64,000 nucleotides of DNA from a virus. Taxonomy: Duplodnaviria; Caudoviricetes. The notes under the pieces are model-generated. The model did not search any database and was not told where the DNA came from. It saw only the letters and a program-made list of their open reading frames with translations. The stretch spans positions 19,820-83,819 of the IMG/VR virus record IMGVR_UViG_3300037755_000886; one strand, given 5' to 3'. Below, one piece after another: positions 18,364 through 27,388 of this stretch. A program made the translations under genes and the position numbers. Position 1 is the stretch's first letter. Every line of letters starts with the position of its first letter.

Positions 18364-18963
18364 CTACTGGATGGCCAGGAAGCGCTGGTCCTCGGTCTTG
18401 TCGAGCGTGAAGAACGGCTCGACCAGCATCACGAGCTGCGGGACGTCCGCCGGCGGCGCCTCGTAGATGAGCTGGCCGGTCAGGGTCCCGCCGGGCTGCA
18501 GCTGGGCCGTGATGTCGAACATCGTCGGCGTCGAGGCGAACGTCTGGGTGAGCTTGACGCCGGCGGGTGAGAGCAGCCCGACGTTGATGTTCGTCATCGC
18601 CGCGCCGGGCTTCGTGTCGCCGTTGTGGACCGTGATGGTCACGGCGACGAACTGGTTGCCGGGCGTCTGCGGCTTATTGAACTGGTTGGCCTTCGCCAGC
18701 GCGGCGTTGGCGTTCAGGTCGGCGGACACGACCTTGATCATCCAGCCCTGCGCCGCGGCGACCTCGGTGCCGATCGGCGCCGGGTTGTCCTTCGTGGAGC
18801 CGGGCTCGAGCGGGGCCTCGGTGGTCGGCGCTGCTGCAGCAGCGCCGTCGGTTGAAGCCGTGGTCTCGGTCGCCGGCGTCGTCCCGCAGGACGAGAGGGC
18901 GACCAGGGCCACGACGGCAAGAAGGCCGCCGAGAAAGCGGTTGGGGTGGGGAGGGTTCGTCAC
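18364..18963 (-). CDS. Lipoprotein, DUF4352-like
   Basis: Lipobox LSSC after hydrophobic signal; beta-rich domain FVAVTITVHNG...LQPGGTLTGQLIYEAP. Confidence 0.8.
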   Translation of the reverse strand: MTNPPHPNRFLGGLLAVVALVALSSCGTTPATETTASTDGAAAAAPTTEAPLEPGSTKDNPAPIGTEVAAAQGWMIKVVSADLNANAALAKANQFNKPQTPGNQFVAVTITVHNGDTKPGAAMTNINVGLLSPAGVKLTQTFASTPTMFDITAQLQPGGTLTGQLIYEAPPADVPQLVMLVEPFFTLDKTEDQRFLAIQ

Positions 18964-19047
18964 ACCGCCGACGGTAGACCGTCCGTGCCCATGCGTGCTG
19001 GTGCCGCTACAGGCCTGACATGTACAGCGCTGCCCGAACGGGCCGGG

Positions 19048-19071
19048 CATCCCACGTTCCATCCCACGTTC
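19048..19071. repeat. Integrase arm-type sites, left (CATCCCACGTTC x2)
   Basis: Perfect tandem 12-mers at 19048-19059 and 19060-19071. Confidence 0.8.
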
Positions 19072-19160
19072 TCCGCGCGGAGGCGCGCGAACACGCGCGT
19101 TGCGCCTCGCCCTCGCGCGCTACCGTCTGCGTACGCGCGCTGGTGCGCGGTTGTGCTCTT

Positions 19161-19207
19161 GACTCTTAATCCGCAGGTTCTGGGTTCGAATCCCAGGGGG
19201 CGTACCA
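19161..19207 (+). other. attP core = 3' half of tRNA-Lys(CTT)
   Basis: CTCTTAA anticodon loop, CTGGG-TTCGAAT-CCCAG T-arm, GGGGCGT-A-CCA end; 5' half does not pair properly. Confidence 0.85.
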
Positions 19208-19266
19208 CCAGAAAGCGCAGGTCAAGGGCACTTTCTGAAGGTGGGAACGAACGAGGGACTAGGATC

Positions 19267-19288
19267 CATCCCACGTTCATCCCACATC
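19267..19288. repeat. Integrase arm-type sites, right
   Basis: CATCCCACGTTC at 19267-19278 followed by CATCCCACATC. Confidence 0.8.
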
Positions 19289-19303
19289 GGAAGGCGGGGC
19301 GCC

Positions 19304-20575
19304 ATGGCGGCGAGCAAGAAGAAGGGCCCGCGCGAGAAGGGCTCTGGCTCGAAACGCGAGACACGCAAGAACGTCTGGGAGCTGCGGGTCAACCTGGCGC
19401 CCGACCCCGTTACCGGCAAACGACGCCAGCTCTCCGACACGTTCCGGGGCGGCGAGAAGGCCGCCAACGTCGCCCTGGCCACGCTCATCTCCAAGACCCA
19501 GGCCGACCGGGCGCCGGCCACCGAGGCCACGTTCGGCTACCTGCTCACGACGTGGCTCGAGCGCTGCGAACGGAACCTCGCGGAGTCCACGGTCGTCGGA
19601 TACCGGCGCATCGTCGATGACCTGTGGATGCCGAAGCTCGGCCACGTCCCCCTCGCCAGGCTCGAGTCCCGCCACCTGCAGGCCGTCCTCGACTGGGACC
19701 ACCAGCGCAAGGTCACCCGCGGCAAGAAGGTCACGCCGATCAAGGCCGACACCGTGCTGCGCCACTGGGCCGCCGCCCGCAAGGCGTTGAACGACGCCGT
19801 GCAGATGGGGTGGATCCCGAGCTCGCCCGGCGACCGGGTGCTGCTGCCGTCGAAACGCAAGGGCCGCGACCGGGACCTGTCCAAGGACGAGCTCCTCAAG
19901 ATCCTGCTGTGCGCCGACGAGATGGACCCCGCGCTCGGGCTGATCCTGCGCGCCGCGAGCCTGTCGGGCGCCCGCCGCTCGGAGATGGCCGGCCTGCGCT
20001 GGCCCGACGTCGACTGGGAACGCAACCGGCTGAGCTTCGAGCAGGGCGTGGTCGTGCTGGCCAACCCGAAACGCAAGCCGGGCGACCCGAAGCGGCGGCC
20101 CCGCAAAGTGGTCATCAGCGACACGAAATCCCACCAGTCGCGCCCGGTCACGCTCGACCCCGACTCGATGGAACTGCTGCGTCTCCTGCGCCTGTACGTC
20201 GAGGCCGTCGCCGAGCAGGTCGGCACGGAGCTCCTCCGCGATGCGTTCGTGTTCTCCCGCGAGCCTGACGGCTCCAAGCCGCTGCGTCCCGACTGGCTGT
20301 CGACGGCGTTCAAGAAGGCGGCGAAGAAGGCGGGGTTCCCCGAGGCGCACCTGCATCAGCTGCGACACCTGTCGGCGTCGGTGATGCTGTCGCACGGGAT
20401 CCCGACGGCGGTCGCCTCGAAGCGGCTCGGTCACGCCGAGGAGACGACGACCATCCAGTTCTACTCCCGGGCGATCCAGTCGGACGAGGCCGCCGCCGAG
20501 GTGTTGGCCTCGGTGCTGTTCCCGCCGGCGAAGGCGCCGACCGTGCTCGAGGTGCCGGAAGCCGAAGCCAGCTGA
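19304..20575 (+). CDS. int: Tyrosine integrase
   Basis: Arm-binding N-terminus; catalytic SGARRSE (R), K, HQLRH, LGH, FY. Confidence 0.96.
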   Translation: MAASKKKGPREKGSGSKRETRKNVWELRVNLAPDPVTGKRRQLSDTFRGGEKAANVALATLISKTQADRAPATEATFGYLLTTWLERCERNLAESTVVGYRRIVDDLWMPKLGHVPLARLESRHLQAVLDWDHQRKVTRGKKVTPIKADTVLRHWAAARKALNDAVQMGWIPSSPGDRVLLPSKRKGRDRDLSKDELLKILLCADEMDPALGLILRAASLSGARRSEMAGLRWPDVDWERNRLSFEQGVVVLANPKRKPGDPKRRPRKVVISDTKSHQSRPVTLDPDSMELLRLLRLYVEAVAEQVGTELLRDAFVFSREPDGSKPLRPDWLSTAFKKAAKKAGFPEAHLHQLRHLSASVMLSHGIPTAVASKRLGHAEETTTIQFYSRAIQSDEAAAEVLASVLFPPAKAPTVLEVPEAEAS

Positions 20576-20655
20576 CCACCCCCCGGGTTAGCCTGTTCTC
20601 ACCACCTGCCCGGTCCGCCGCCGGGCCCGGCCTCACCAGCCGGACCACACGTGTG

Positions 20656-20680
20656 CCGCCCCGCCTGTCGCGCGGGGCGG
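20656..20680. terminator. GC-rich hairpin between convergent genes
   Basis: CCGCCCCGC-7-GCGGGGCGG. Confidence 0.5.
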
Positions 20681-20688
20681 TGCCGCGC

Positions 20689-21024
20689 TCAGGGGTCGGG
20701 CGGGTAGTGGTCGAGGTCGAAGCACGAGACGGCTACGGCTCGCTCGGCGGGCGTCATCGGCCGCAGCATGGCCAAGATCTCGGCTGAGACCCGGCGCACG
20801 GTCGACGAGTAGTCCTCGTCGGTCGATTTGGCCAGCCAGTCGGCGCAGAAGTCGAGGTGGGTGTCCTCGACGTTGTAGTCGTCGGTCACGATATGGAGCG
20901 GGCCGCCGACGGCATGGTGCTCGTAAAGCTCGGCGACCAGGGTGCCGGCGGCCCGGATCTGGTCCGTGATGGGCGGCCAGCCACCTGCGGCTTCGACCTC
21001 CCGCCGGACGCAGTTGTCGCACAT
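20689..21024 (-). CDS. Hypothetical protein
   Basis: MCDNC; GGPLHIVTDDYNVED motif. Confidence 0.6.
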   Translation of the reverse strand: MCDNCVRREVEAAGGWPPITDQIRAAGTLVAELYEHHAVGGPLHIVTDDYNVEDTHLDFCADWLAKSTDEDYSSTVRRVSAEILAMLRPMTPAERAVAVSCFDLDHYPPDP

Positions 21025-21164
21025 CGACCCAGCCTCTCACGCCATGCCCGGTGACGAATGTCATTGAGGGAGTGCGCGACGAACGCGGCCTACGACTCCA
21101 TAGGAGGCGTCGCCGGGTACAGCCGGCCCGCGCCCGTTCTGATGTCGACGGGCGCCGGCGGGAT

Positions 21165-21596
21165 TCAACCCCCGCGGCTGCAGGTCCTGCAGAACCCGCC
21201 CGGCTGGCCACCGTGGCGTGGACAGGTGAACGGCCGATGCTTCCGGGCGAGCGCCCGGGCCATTGGGTCCGGCTCAGCCTTACCCGGGGCGCCTTCTATG
21301 GCGGCGAGCGTCTCGGCGAGGTGCGGTCCGATGGCACGCAGCGCAGCGGCCAGCGCAGCGGCCAGCGCCTCGAAGGCGTGCGCGAGCGCTGGCATGGCCG
21401 CGGCGGCCGCCTGAATCTGTTCGGGCGTCGGCGGGCCGGGCCGGCACCGGTCGCACCAGGCCGACCCCTCGGCCGGCGCTCGCATGCCGCAGCGCAGGCA
21501 GGCGCCGGTGTCCCAGTCGTAGGCCACATCGCCAGCGTGCTGGGGACCGACGTCGATCACCTCGAGGATCCTGTCGACGCCGCTCGCTCGGGTCAT
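21165..21596 (-). CDS. Zn-finger-like hypothetical protein
   Basis: CLRC..WCDRC and CPRHG..CRTC. Confidence 0.55.
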   Translation of the reverse strand: MTRASGVDRILEVIDVGPQHAGDVAYDWDTGACLRCGMRAPAEGSAWCDRCRPGPPTPEQIQAAAAAMPALAHAFEALAAALAAALRAIGPHLAETLAAIEGAPGKAEPDPMARALARKHRPFTCPRHGGQPGGFCRTCSRGG

Positions 21597-21907
21597 GACG
21601 GTGAGCCTTCCACGTCGTGTTCGATCACGAGCCACCGGTCGTGGCTGGTCTCACGGGTGTGCGCGCCAGCCCAGCGGCCGCGGTCGGCGGCCGACAGGAA
21701 CGGCATCGGCGTCTCGAGGTCCGGGTCGCACCGGCGACAGAACAGCACGAACCAGCGGACACCCGGGTCGGAGCCGCTCACGGCCTCGACGACACGTCGG
21801 CGGATCTGCTCGGCCTGTCTCTTCCGGCGGTCCTCGGCGACCTTCGACTCGAAGGCCAGCCGTGCGAGCTCGACCATCAGATCCTCGGTGGTGTCGTCGC
21901 CGGTCAC
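21593..21907 (-). CDS. Hypothetical protein
   Basis: Coupled ORF; FCRRCD...MPF. Confidence 0.55.
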   Translation of the reverse strand: MTGDDTTEDLMVELARLAFESKVAEDRRKRQAEQIRRRVVEAVSGSDPGVRWFVLFCRRCDPDLETPMPFLSAADRGRWAGAHTRETSHDRWLVIEHDVEGSPS

Positions 21908-21919
21908 CGCTCCCCCACG

Positions 21920-22162
21920 TCACCGAGGATGGCCCGCAGCCGGAGGATCTCGTCCCGCCGGGGCCGCATGCTCGGCCTCGAACTGGTCGAGGCGGGCGAG
22001 CACGTGGGTGGCACCGAGCGCGGTGGCCCGGGCCCGCAGGCATCGGGTGGCGGCGCCCAGTGTCCCTGGTCCGTGGCCGTCGTGGCCGGTGCCGCAGTCG
22101 TCGCAGGTGCCGGTCCACTGGCCGTGCCCGTTGAAGTCGGACAGGCGGGGTGGGTCCGTCAC
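21920..22162 (-). CDS. Hypothetical protein
   Basis: Coupled ORF. Confidence 0.45.
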   Translation of the reverse strand: MTDPPRLSDFNGHGQWTGTCDDCGTGHDGHGPGTLGAATRCLRARATALGATHVLARLDQFEAEHAAPAGRDPPAAGHPR

Positions 22163-22863
22163 CAGCCGACCCCGAAACCGATGACGTGCCGAGTGGCCCG
22201 CTCCTCGTCCCAGCCTTCCGACACGAGCCGGCGGACCTCGGCCAGGCCTGCGTCGTCGAGGGCGTCAGCACCCCCACCCGTCTCGTCGTCGACCAGGCGC
22301 ACGGCGTCGGTCGGCAATGCCGCAAGCATGATCTCGTTCGCGTCCGCCCACACCCGTGCCCGCCGGCGTATCTCCCGAAGGTGAACCACGCCGTCGGCCG
22401 AGACGAGGTCGCGCACGATCACCGCGGCCTCCCGGTCGGGGCGCGGTGACTGGTAGGACGCGCAGATCGGGCAGCCGGCCTGGTCGAATGGCCAGTCCGG
22501 ATCCCGGTCGGGAGCCTCCCAATCGCCGCCGAAGACGACGCAGGTGACACCACGGGGCCGGCCGCAGCCGGCGCAGTGCACCATGGTGCCGATCAGCACC
22601 CCGTCGCCGACCAACGGCCAACCGTGCAGCCAGGGGCGGTCGGTCATGTGTCCTTCTTCTCTCGGCTCTCGACCCGGACCAGGGCCTCGGTCCGGGAAGG
22701 CGTCGAGGATGAGCGCACGGTACGGGCCGTCCCCGCCCCACCTGCGGTCGAGATCGAACGACAGCGCGGACAGGCCGAGCCGGCAGCCGGCGCCACCGAC
22801 CCTGTCCAGCACCGCGCACGTGCGCTCCAAGACGACGACGATCACCGTCTGCCACCAGGTCAC
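22159..22863 (-). CDS. Hypothetical protein (alternative start at 22647)
   Basis: GTGA overlap at 22863; internal RBS+ATG at 22647; CAGC/CPIC pairs. Confidence 0.45.
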   Translation of the reverse strand: MTWWQTVIVVVLERTCAVLDRVGGAGCRLGLSALSFDLDRRWGGDGPYRALILDAFPDRGPGPGREPREEGHMTDRPWLHGWPLVGDGVLIGTMVHCAGCGRPRGVTCVVFGGDWEAPDRDPDWPFDQAGCPICASYQSPRPDREAAVIVRDLVSADGVVHLREIRRRARVWADANEIMLAALPTDAVRLVDDETGGGADALDDAGLAEVRRLVSEGWDEERATRHVIGFGVGW

Positions 22864-23090
22864 CGGCTCCCCTTCCGCTCGGCCTCGATCGCGGCGACTT
22901 GGGCGTGGACGGGTCGCCAGGGGCTGTAGGTGACGGTCCGGGTGACCCAGCGCATCGGATGGCCGCTGCATGGCGGCGGCGGCTTCGACAGGGTCGGCAG
23001 GCCACGGGTCTCGGTGTCCCACGGGATGACCTCGTCGGGCCACTTCGGGGCGAGGAACTCGCGGGCGAACTCCTGGCGTTCGGTCGTCAT
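22860..23090 (-). CDS. Hypothetical protein
   Basis: Coupled ORF. Confidence 0.45.
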   Translation of the reverse strand: MTTERQEFAREFLAPKWPDEVIPWDTETRGLPTLSKPPPPCSGHPMRWVTRTVTYSPWRPVHAQVAAIEAERKGSR

Positions 23091-23476
23091 CGGTCGCTCC
23101 CAGGGCCAAGGGCCAGCAGCGGCGCCACCTGGCCGGTCTCGTAGGCTGCGGCGATCGCCGGGCGGACGCTCTCCCCCACCGTCAAGCCGTCAGGCAGGGC
23201 CGTCCACGCGAGGAACACGTCCTCGAAGGCCATGATCGCCACGCCAGCGTCCGGCCGCGCCTTGCCGGTCGGCGTGCGCGTGAACCGGCGCTCCGAACGC
23301 GCCGGCAGCGGCAGCTCGAAGCGGACCTGACGGTCCTGGGCCGTGAACTGGATCACCGCGCGGTCGCCCTGCCAGCCATAAGCGAACGACGTCGCGCCCC
23401 ACCGGGACAGGATGCGCTCGATCTCAACCTTCGAGCGCTCGACGCTCACGTTCGTGTCAGCGGCGTACCGGGCCAT
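23087..23476 (-). CDS. Conserved phage hypothetical protein
   Basis: MARYAADTNVSVERSKVEIERILSRWGA...FLAW..LPDG.TVG. Confidence 0.65.
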   Translation of the reverse strand: MARYAADTNVSVERSKVEIERILSRWGATSFAYGWQGDRAVIQFTAQDRQVRFELPLPARSERRFTRTPTGKARPDAGVAIMAFEDVFLAWTALPDGLTVGESVRPAIAAAYETGQVAPLLALGPGSDR

Positions 23477-23694
23477 CAGGCACCGTCCCGGATCTGGCGA
23501 AGCAGAGCGGCCTCGTCGGCGGTCAGCTCGAACTGCACTCCCTCGCCGTACTCCTGCTCGTCGAGGGACAGGGTGTCGGGGCTGACCTCGGCCCACGGGC
23601 GCCCGGCCCGGCCGGTCTCGAACATCTTGGCGAAGATGGCCCGCAGCAACGCGTTCTCGCGTTCCACGTCGGCGGTGTGCTGGTCGTAGGCCAT
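23476..23694 (-). CDS. Hypothetical protein
   Basis: TGATG overlaps on both sides. Confidence 0.5.
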   Translation of the reverse strand: MAYDQHTADVERENALLRAIFAKMFETGRAGRPWAEVSPDTLSLDEQEYGEGVQFELTADEAALLRQIRDGA

Positions 23695-24185
23695 CAGGAC
23701 TCCTCTCGACCCGGCTGCGGGTGCTTCGGTGGCGGGACTCCCCCACCCTTCGGCGGTGTCGGCCGGCGCGGCGGGGCTGCCTGGCCCTTGCCCGGCTGCG
23801 GGTGCCGGCCCCGGGCCTCCTTCGCCGCGGCCACCGACCGTTCCAGCTCGGCCATCAGGTCGACGACCTTGTCTCTGGGCGCGGGCCCGGGCTCGGGCCC
23901 GGGCACGACTGCCGGCCGGCGGAGGTGTTCCTGCGCAGTGTGCATCTTGTCCCACACCCGGAACAGGTGGTCGGCGTTGACTACGAGGGCGCCGTGAACG
24001 CGGGCCACCTCCCGGTTCGGGCCGTCCCACGCCGGTTCGTGGCCGTCGAGCTCGACCCGGATGTACTCGGCGAGTGGCCCGCCGATGAAGGTGGCCAGCC
24101 GGGACAGCACCTCGCGCACGGGCACCTCGTCGCCCGGGCCGCAGTCGAGGACGTTGCGCGGATTGGGCATCGTCGGTTCGGTCAT
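23694..24185 (-). CDS. Hypothetical protein
   Basis: Coupled ORF. Confidence 0.5.
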   Translation of the reverse strand: MTEPTMPNPRNVLDCGPGDEVPVREVLSRLATFIGGPLAEYIRVELDGHEPAWDGPNREVARVHGALVVNADHLFRVWDKMHTAQEHLRRPAVVPGPEPGPAPRDKVVDLMAELERSVAAAKEARGRHPQPGKGQAAPPRRPTPPKGGGVPPPKHPQPGREES

Positions 24186-24496
24186 CGGTCGGTCTCCCGG
24201 TTCGCGAGGGCTTCGGCCACACGCTGCCCGTCGCCGGTGATCACGAACTGTGCGGCTCCCCGCGGGCCGGACCCGGCGGCCGTGACGTACCGCCGGTTGG
24301 TGAGGCTGAGGACGAGTTCGGCGATGAGGATCCGCGCCGGCGCGCTCCCATAGAACGCGCCCAGCTTCTCCCGCAGTCCCCGGTAGGTCAGCGGCCCATC
24401 GACGGCGGCGAGCACCCGCAGGATGTCGACCTCGAGAGCCTCAGCGGCGACGATCGCGTGAGCGATGTTGTTTCGGCGCGTGCGTTGGTCAGCCAT
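24182..24496 (-). CDS. Winged-helix-like hypothetical protein
   Basis: ILRVL...GPLTYRGLREKL...YV...FVITGDG. Confidence 0.5.
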   Translation of the reverse strand: MADQRTRRNNIAHAIVAAEALEVDILRVLAAVDGPLTYRGLREKLGAFYGSAPARILIAELVLSLTNRRYVTAAGSGPRGAAQFVITGDGQRVAEALANRETDR

Positions 24497-24532
24497 CGGT
24501 CTCCTTCGGGTCAGCCATCGGTCTCCTTCGGG
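24489..24532. repeat. 22-bp perfect tandem duplication of RBS/start region
   Basis: TCAGCCATCGGTCTCCTTCGGG at 24489-24510 and 24511-24532. Confidence 0.9.
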
Positions 24533-25032
24533 TCGGGCTTCGGTTCGGGCGCGACGTGCTGCGGCACCGCCGCGACGAGGAAGTGCTGAACCCGGCGCAG
24601 TTCCTGGCCCATGTGATCGATGGCGTCATCCCATCCGGCGAGTTGTTCGGGGTCACCCTCGGCGAGGCAGCCGGCGAACGCCTGGCGGCGCACCTCCAGC
24701 GGGTAGAGCGACTTGGCCGCGTCCGTGATCGTCGCCCGCAGCCGGGTGATCTCATCGAGGAGCCCGACCACGACGTCGGGGCTGACCGCGGCGACGTAGC
24801 GGACGTCGGAGTACCGCCACGCCCGGCTGTCGGCGGCCGTCACCAGCTGCATGGCGTGGCAGTTGTCGGGCTGTCCCCAGTCGGCCTCGTCGATCAGGAT
24901 CTCTCCGGCTGTCGTGATGAACCGGGGAAAGGGTTCGTTGCAGGTCCACGGGCCCGTCGTGGCCGCTTCGGCGAGGACGCGCAGGTCGGTCAGGGTCTGT
25001 CGCTGGTCGTCAGCCACGGTTGCCTCCAGCAC
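24511..25032 (-). CDS. Ead/Ea22-like protein
   Basis: LRVLAEAATTGPW...YVAAVSPDVVVGLLDEI. Confidence 0.65.
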   Translation of the reverse strand: MLEATVADDQRQTLTDLRVLAEAATTGPWTCNEPFPRFITTAGEILIDEADWGQPDNCHAMQLVTAADSRAWRYSDVRYVAAVSPDVVVGLLDEITRLRATITDAAKSLYPLEVRRQAFAGCLAEGDPEQLAGWDDAIDHMGQELRRVQHFLVAAVPQHVAPEPKPDPKETDG

Positions 25033-25086
25033 GGTAGAGCGGCTCGTACATTTCGGCCTGCTCGGGCGTCAGCTCCTCGGCGCCGC

Positions 25087-25353
25087 TCACGTCGGGTCTC
25101 CCCTGCCGGTACGCCACTCCTCGACGTCGGCCATGAGCGCCTGCCAGCCCTCAGCCGCGGGGGCACCGATCGAGTCCGCCCAACGGCAGTGGACGTGCGC
25201 GGTCAGGTCGGCGAGCACCAGGGCCAGCACGAGCGGGTCGGCGTAGCCCTCGGCGATCTCGGCGGCGAGCGCCCGATCCTTGTGGAGCAACGCGGTCACG
25301 ACCTGCTGGGCGGTGTCACGTGCCCCGTCGATGGCCTGGTCGACGTGGCTCAC
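25087..25353 (-). CDS. Hypothetical protein
   Basis: GTGA overlap. Confidence 0.45.
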   Translation of the reverse strand: MSHVDQAIDGARDTAQQVVTALLHKDRALAAEIAEGYADPLVLALVLADLTAHVHCRWADSIGAPAAEGWQALMADVEEWRTGRGDPT

Positions 25354-25739
25354 CACGTCACCTCGTCCCACAGCTCGCTAGCACGGTGGTCCCCGACGTG
25401 GTCCGGGTGCAGGACGCACGGCGGCTGGCCAGTGGCGGGCCCGTACTCCGTCTCGATCGTGATCGTCGGGCTGAGGTCGCCGCACGTCGGCAAGTCCTCG
25501 TCGTCGTTGGGCTCGATCTCACCCCACTCCGATGCGACGAAGCCTCGCAGGCCGTTGTCGTCGCAGTGCGCCGCGAGCATGACGGCGAGGTCGGCGCAGT
25601 CCCGGCCCGGGTTGATGCGGACCATGCCCTCGGGACTGGTCACGCAGATCTTGCCGGTATCGTTCTCGATGAAGATGGCGAAAGCCAGGCCGTGCTCGGT
25701 CAGGCGGTCGCAGACGGCGGGCAGCTCGACGGTGGTCAT
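25350..25739 (-). CDS. Hypothetical protein
   Basis: Coupled ORF. Confidence 0.5.
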   Translation of the reverse strand: MTTVELPAVCDRLTEHGLAFAIFIENDTGKICVTSPEGMVRINPGRDCADLAVMLAAHCDDNGLRGFVASEWGEIEPNDDEDLPTCGDLSPTITIETEYGPATGQPPCVLHPDHVGDHRASELWDEVTW

Positions 25740-25742
25740 GGG

Positions 25743-25961
25743 TCAGACCTCTACCGGCTCGGCGCCGTCGAGGTACTCGTCGAGGCAACGCTGGCACTCG
25801 GGCGGATTGTCGACGGGCTCCATGGCCAGGATCTCGGCGGTCTCGGCCGGCTGCAGGGCGTCGCAGTGGTCCTCGCACAGTGGCCGCGAGATGGCGTAGG
25901 CGCCGGAGCGGAGGGCGTAGACGTACTGGTGGGTCGCGGGGAAGGTGTCGTCATCGGGCAC
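25743..25961 (-). CDS. Small Cys-containing hypothetical protein
   Basis: RBS GACAGGAG upstream; CEDHC, CQRC. Confidence 0.45.
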   Translation of the reverse strand: MPDDDTFPATHQYVYALRSGAYAISRPLCEDHCDALQPAETAEILAMEPVDNPPECQRCLDEYLDGAEPVEV

Positions 25962-26131
25962 GGTCAGTTCTCCTGTCGGGTTCGGGTGGCGGCGACCAGG
26001 CGGTCGCGGTCAAGCAGATAGCGGGGCCCGGGCGTGCGGGTTGTCCATCGCCTCGGGCGGGCCGAGGGCGGCGCGCATCGTGTCGAGCACCCCGACCAGC
26101 TCGGGCGCGGTGGTGGGTTCGGTGGGGCGGG

Positions 26132-26593
26132 TCACCGCTCTGGCTCCCGCACGCGGCCGAAGAACGTCATCGGCGCATCACCGACGATTGCACCGAGCGA
26201 GTCGACGTCGAGGGTGCCGCCCGTGATCATCTGGTACCACTCGGCGTACGTCGCCTTCATGCTGGCGAACACGGTGGCGTTGTCCGTCGCCCAGCGGGCC
26301 AGCGCTTCTGGCGTCTCGAACACGGGCGATGTCGGCGAGCCCTCGGACGTGGTCTCCCACAGCTGCCAGCCGGGGCCCTCGGGCGGCCCTACGTACCGGT
26401 CCTGCCGCCCGGACCCGTCGCACCACCAACAGACCCCGTCCTCGGTCTGCAGCTTCACCGGATGCTCCTTGCGGCCGGTGCCGTCGCAGTTCTCGCACGG
26501 CTTGGTACCGGACGGGACGAGGTACCCGTCCCAGACCTTGTTGAGCGGCCAGTCGAAGTCGAGCGACACACGCTTGATGTCGCGGTGTCCCAT
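26132..26593 (-). CDS. Conserved phage protein with DnaJ-type CxxCxGxG zinc finger
   Basis: CENCDGTG, CWWCDGSG; WQLWETTSEGSP.SPVF. Confidence 0.65.
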   Translation of the reverse strand: MGHRDIKRVSLDFDWPLNKVWDGYLVPSGTKPCENCDGTGRKEHPVKLQTEDGVCWWCDGSGRQDRYVGPPEGPGWQLWETTSEGSPTSPVFETPEALARWATDNATVFASMKATYAEWYQMITGGTLDVDSLGAIVGDAPMTFFGRVREPER

Positions 26594-26762
26594 GGTCAGT
26601 TCTCCTCGGTCTTGCGGGTGATCACGTAGCCGGCGACGTCGAGGACCCTCAGTGCCACGTCGGCGAGGTCGTCGCCTTCGAAGTCGGCGTACTCGTCCGG
26701 GTCCCACGCGCAGAACCCGCGGGCGATGACGCCGTGCGCGGTCTGGTCGGAGTGCTTGTGCG

Positions 26763-26972
26763 TCATGGGGTCAACCTTCGGATCGTGTCGGCGCGCCGGG
26801 CGATGGCCGCGCCGCAGTCCCGGGCGACGCCGATCAGGAGCCGGCGGTCGGCGGGATCGAACCCGTTGGCCGGGTCGTTCGCCAACAGCCAGTACTCGGC
26901 GATCGCGTCGTGGCCCTGGGCGTCGGCGCGGTCCTGCTCTTCCAGGAACGTGAGGTTGCGGGCGGCCGTCAC
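26763..26972 (-). CDS. Hypothetical protein
   Basis: Coupled ORF. Confidence 0.45.
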   Translation of the reverse strand: MTAARNLTFLEEQDRADAQGHDAIAEYWLLANDPANGFDPADRRLLIGVARDCGAAIARRADTIRRLTP

Positions 26973-27388
26973 TGGTGGGACCCGCCTTCGGCGAGAAGAT
27001 GGTCCCGCAGCGCCCGCAGGGTCACGCCAGCGCGGTGCCCGTTGCGGTACGCCGAGCGGCCGGTCAGCTCTCCGGGTTCCCCGACAAGCCCGGCGATCAG
27101 GGCTGCACCGAAGTCGGCGCGCTCCTCCACCGCGACCGAGATCTGCGAGCCGTCGGCGCTCTTCGGTCGCCCGCGCTCAAGGAAGTCGACGAGCTCGTCG
27201 AGCCGCTGACTGACGATGTCGCTGATGCGGTGCAGGGAGATCTGGCGGGCGAGGTCGTCGCGGGTGACGACCGTGGGCCCGTCGCCCCCGAACCGGGCGA
27301 TGGTGACCTCGGCGACCAGGACGTCGTTGACGAACACCTGCCCGTTGGGGCACACCTCCACACGGATGGCGTGTCGGGGGGTGGTCAC
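26969..27388 (-). CDS. Hypothetical protein
   Basis: GTGA overlap. Confidence 0.45.
   Translation of the reverse strand: MTTPRHAIRVEVCPNGQVFVNDVLVAEVTIARFGGDGPTVVTRDDLARQISLHRISDIVSQRLDELVDFLERGRPKSADGSQISVAVEERADFGAALIAGLVGEPGELTGRSAYRNGHRAGVTLRALRDHLLAEGGSHQ

Noticed and set aside
19133-19207. Complete tRNA-Lys(CTT) gene
   Set aside because: The 5' half pairs poorly (2 mismatches each in the acceptor and anticodon stems, no U8); interpreted as the attP core only.
19217-19229. GCAGGTCA motif near attP and again near the clt-like array (34306)
   Set aside because: Short, also present elsewhere (e.g. ~5279); no statistical support without a count.
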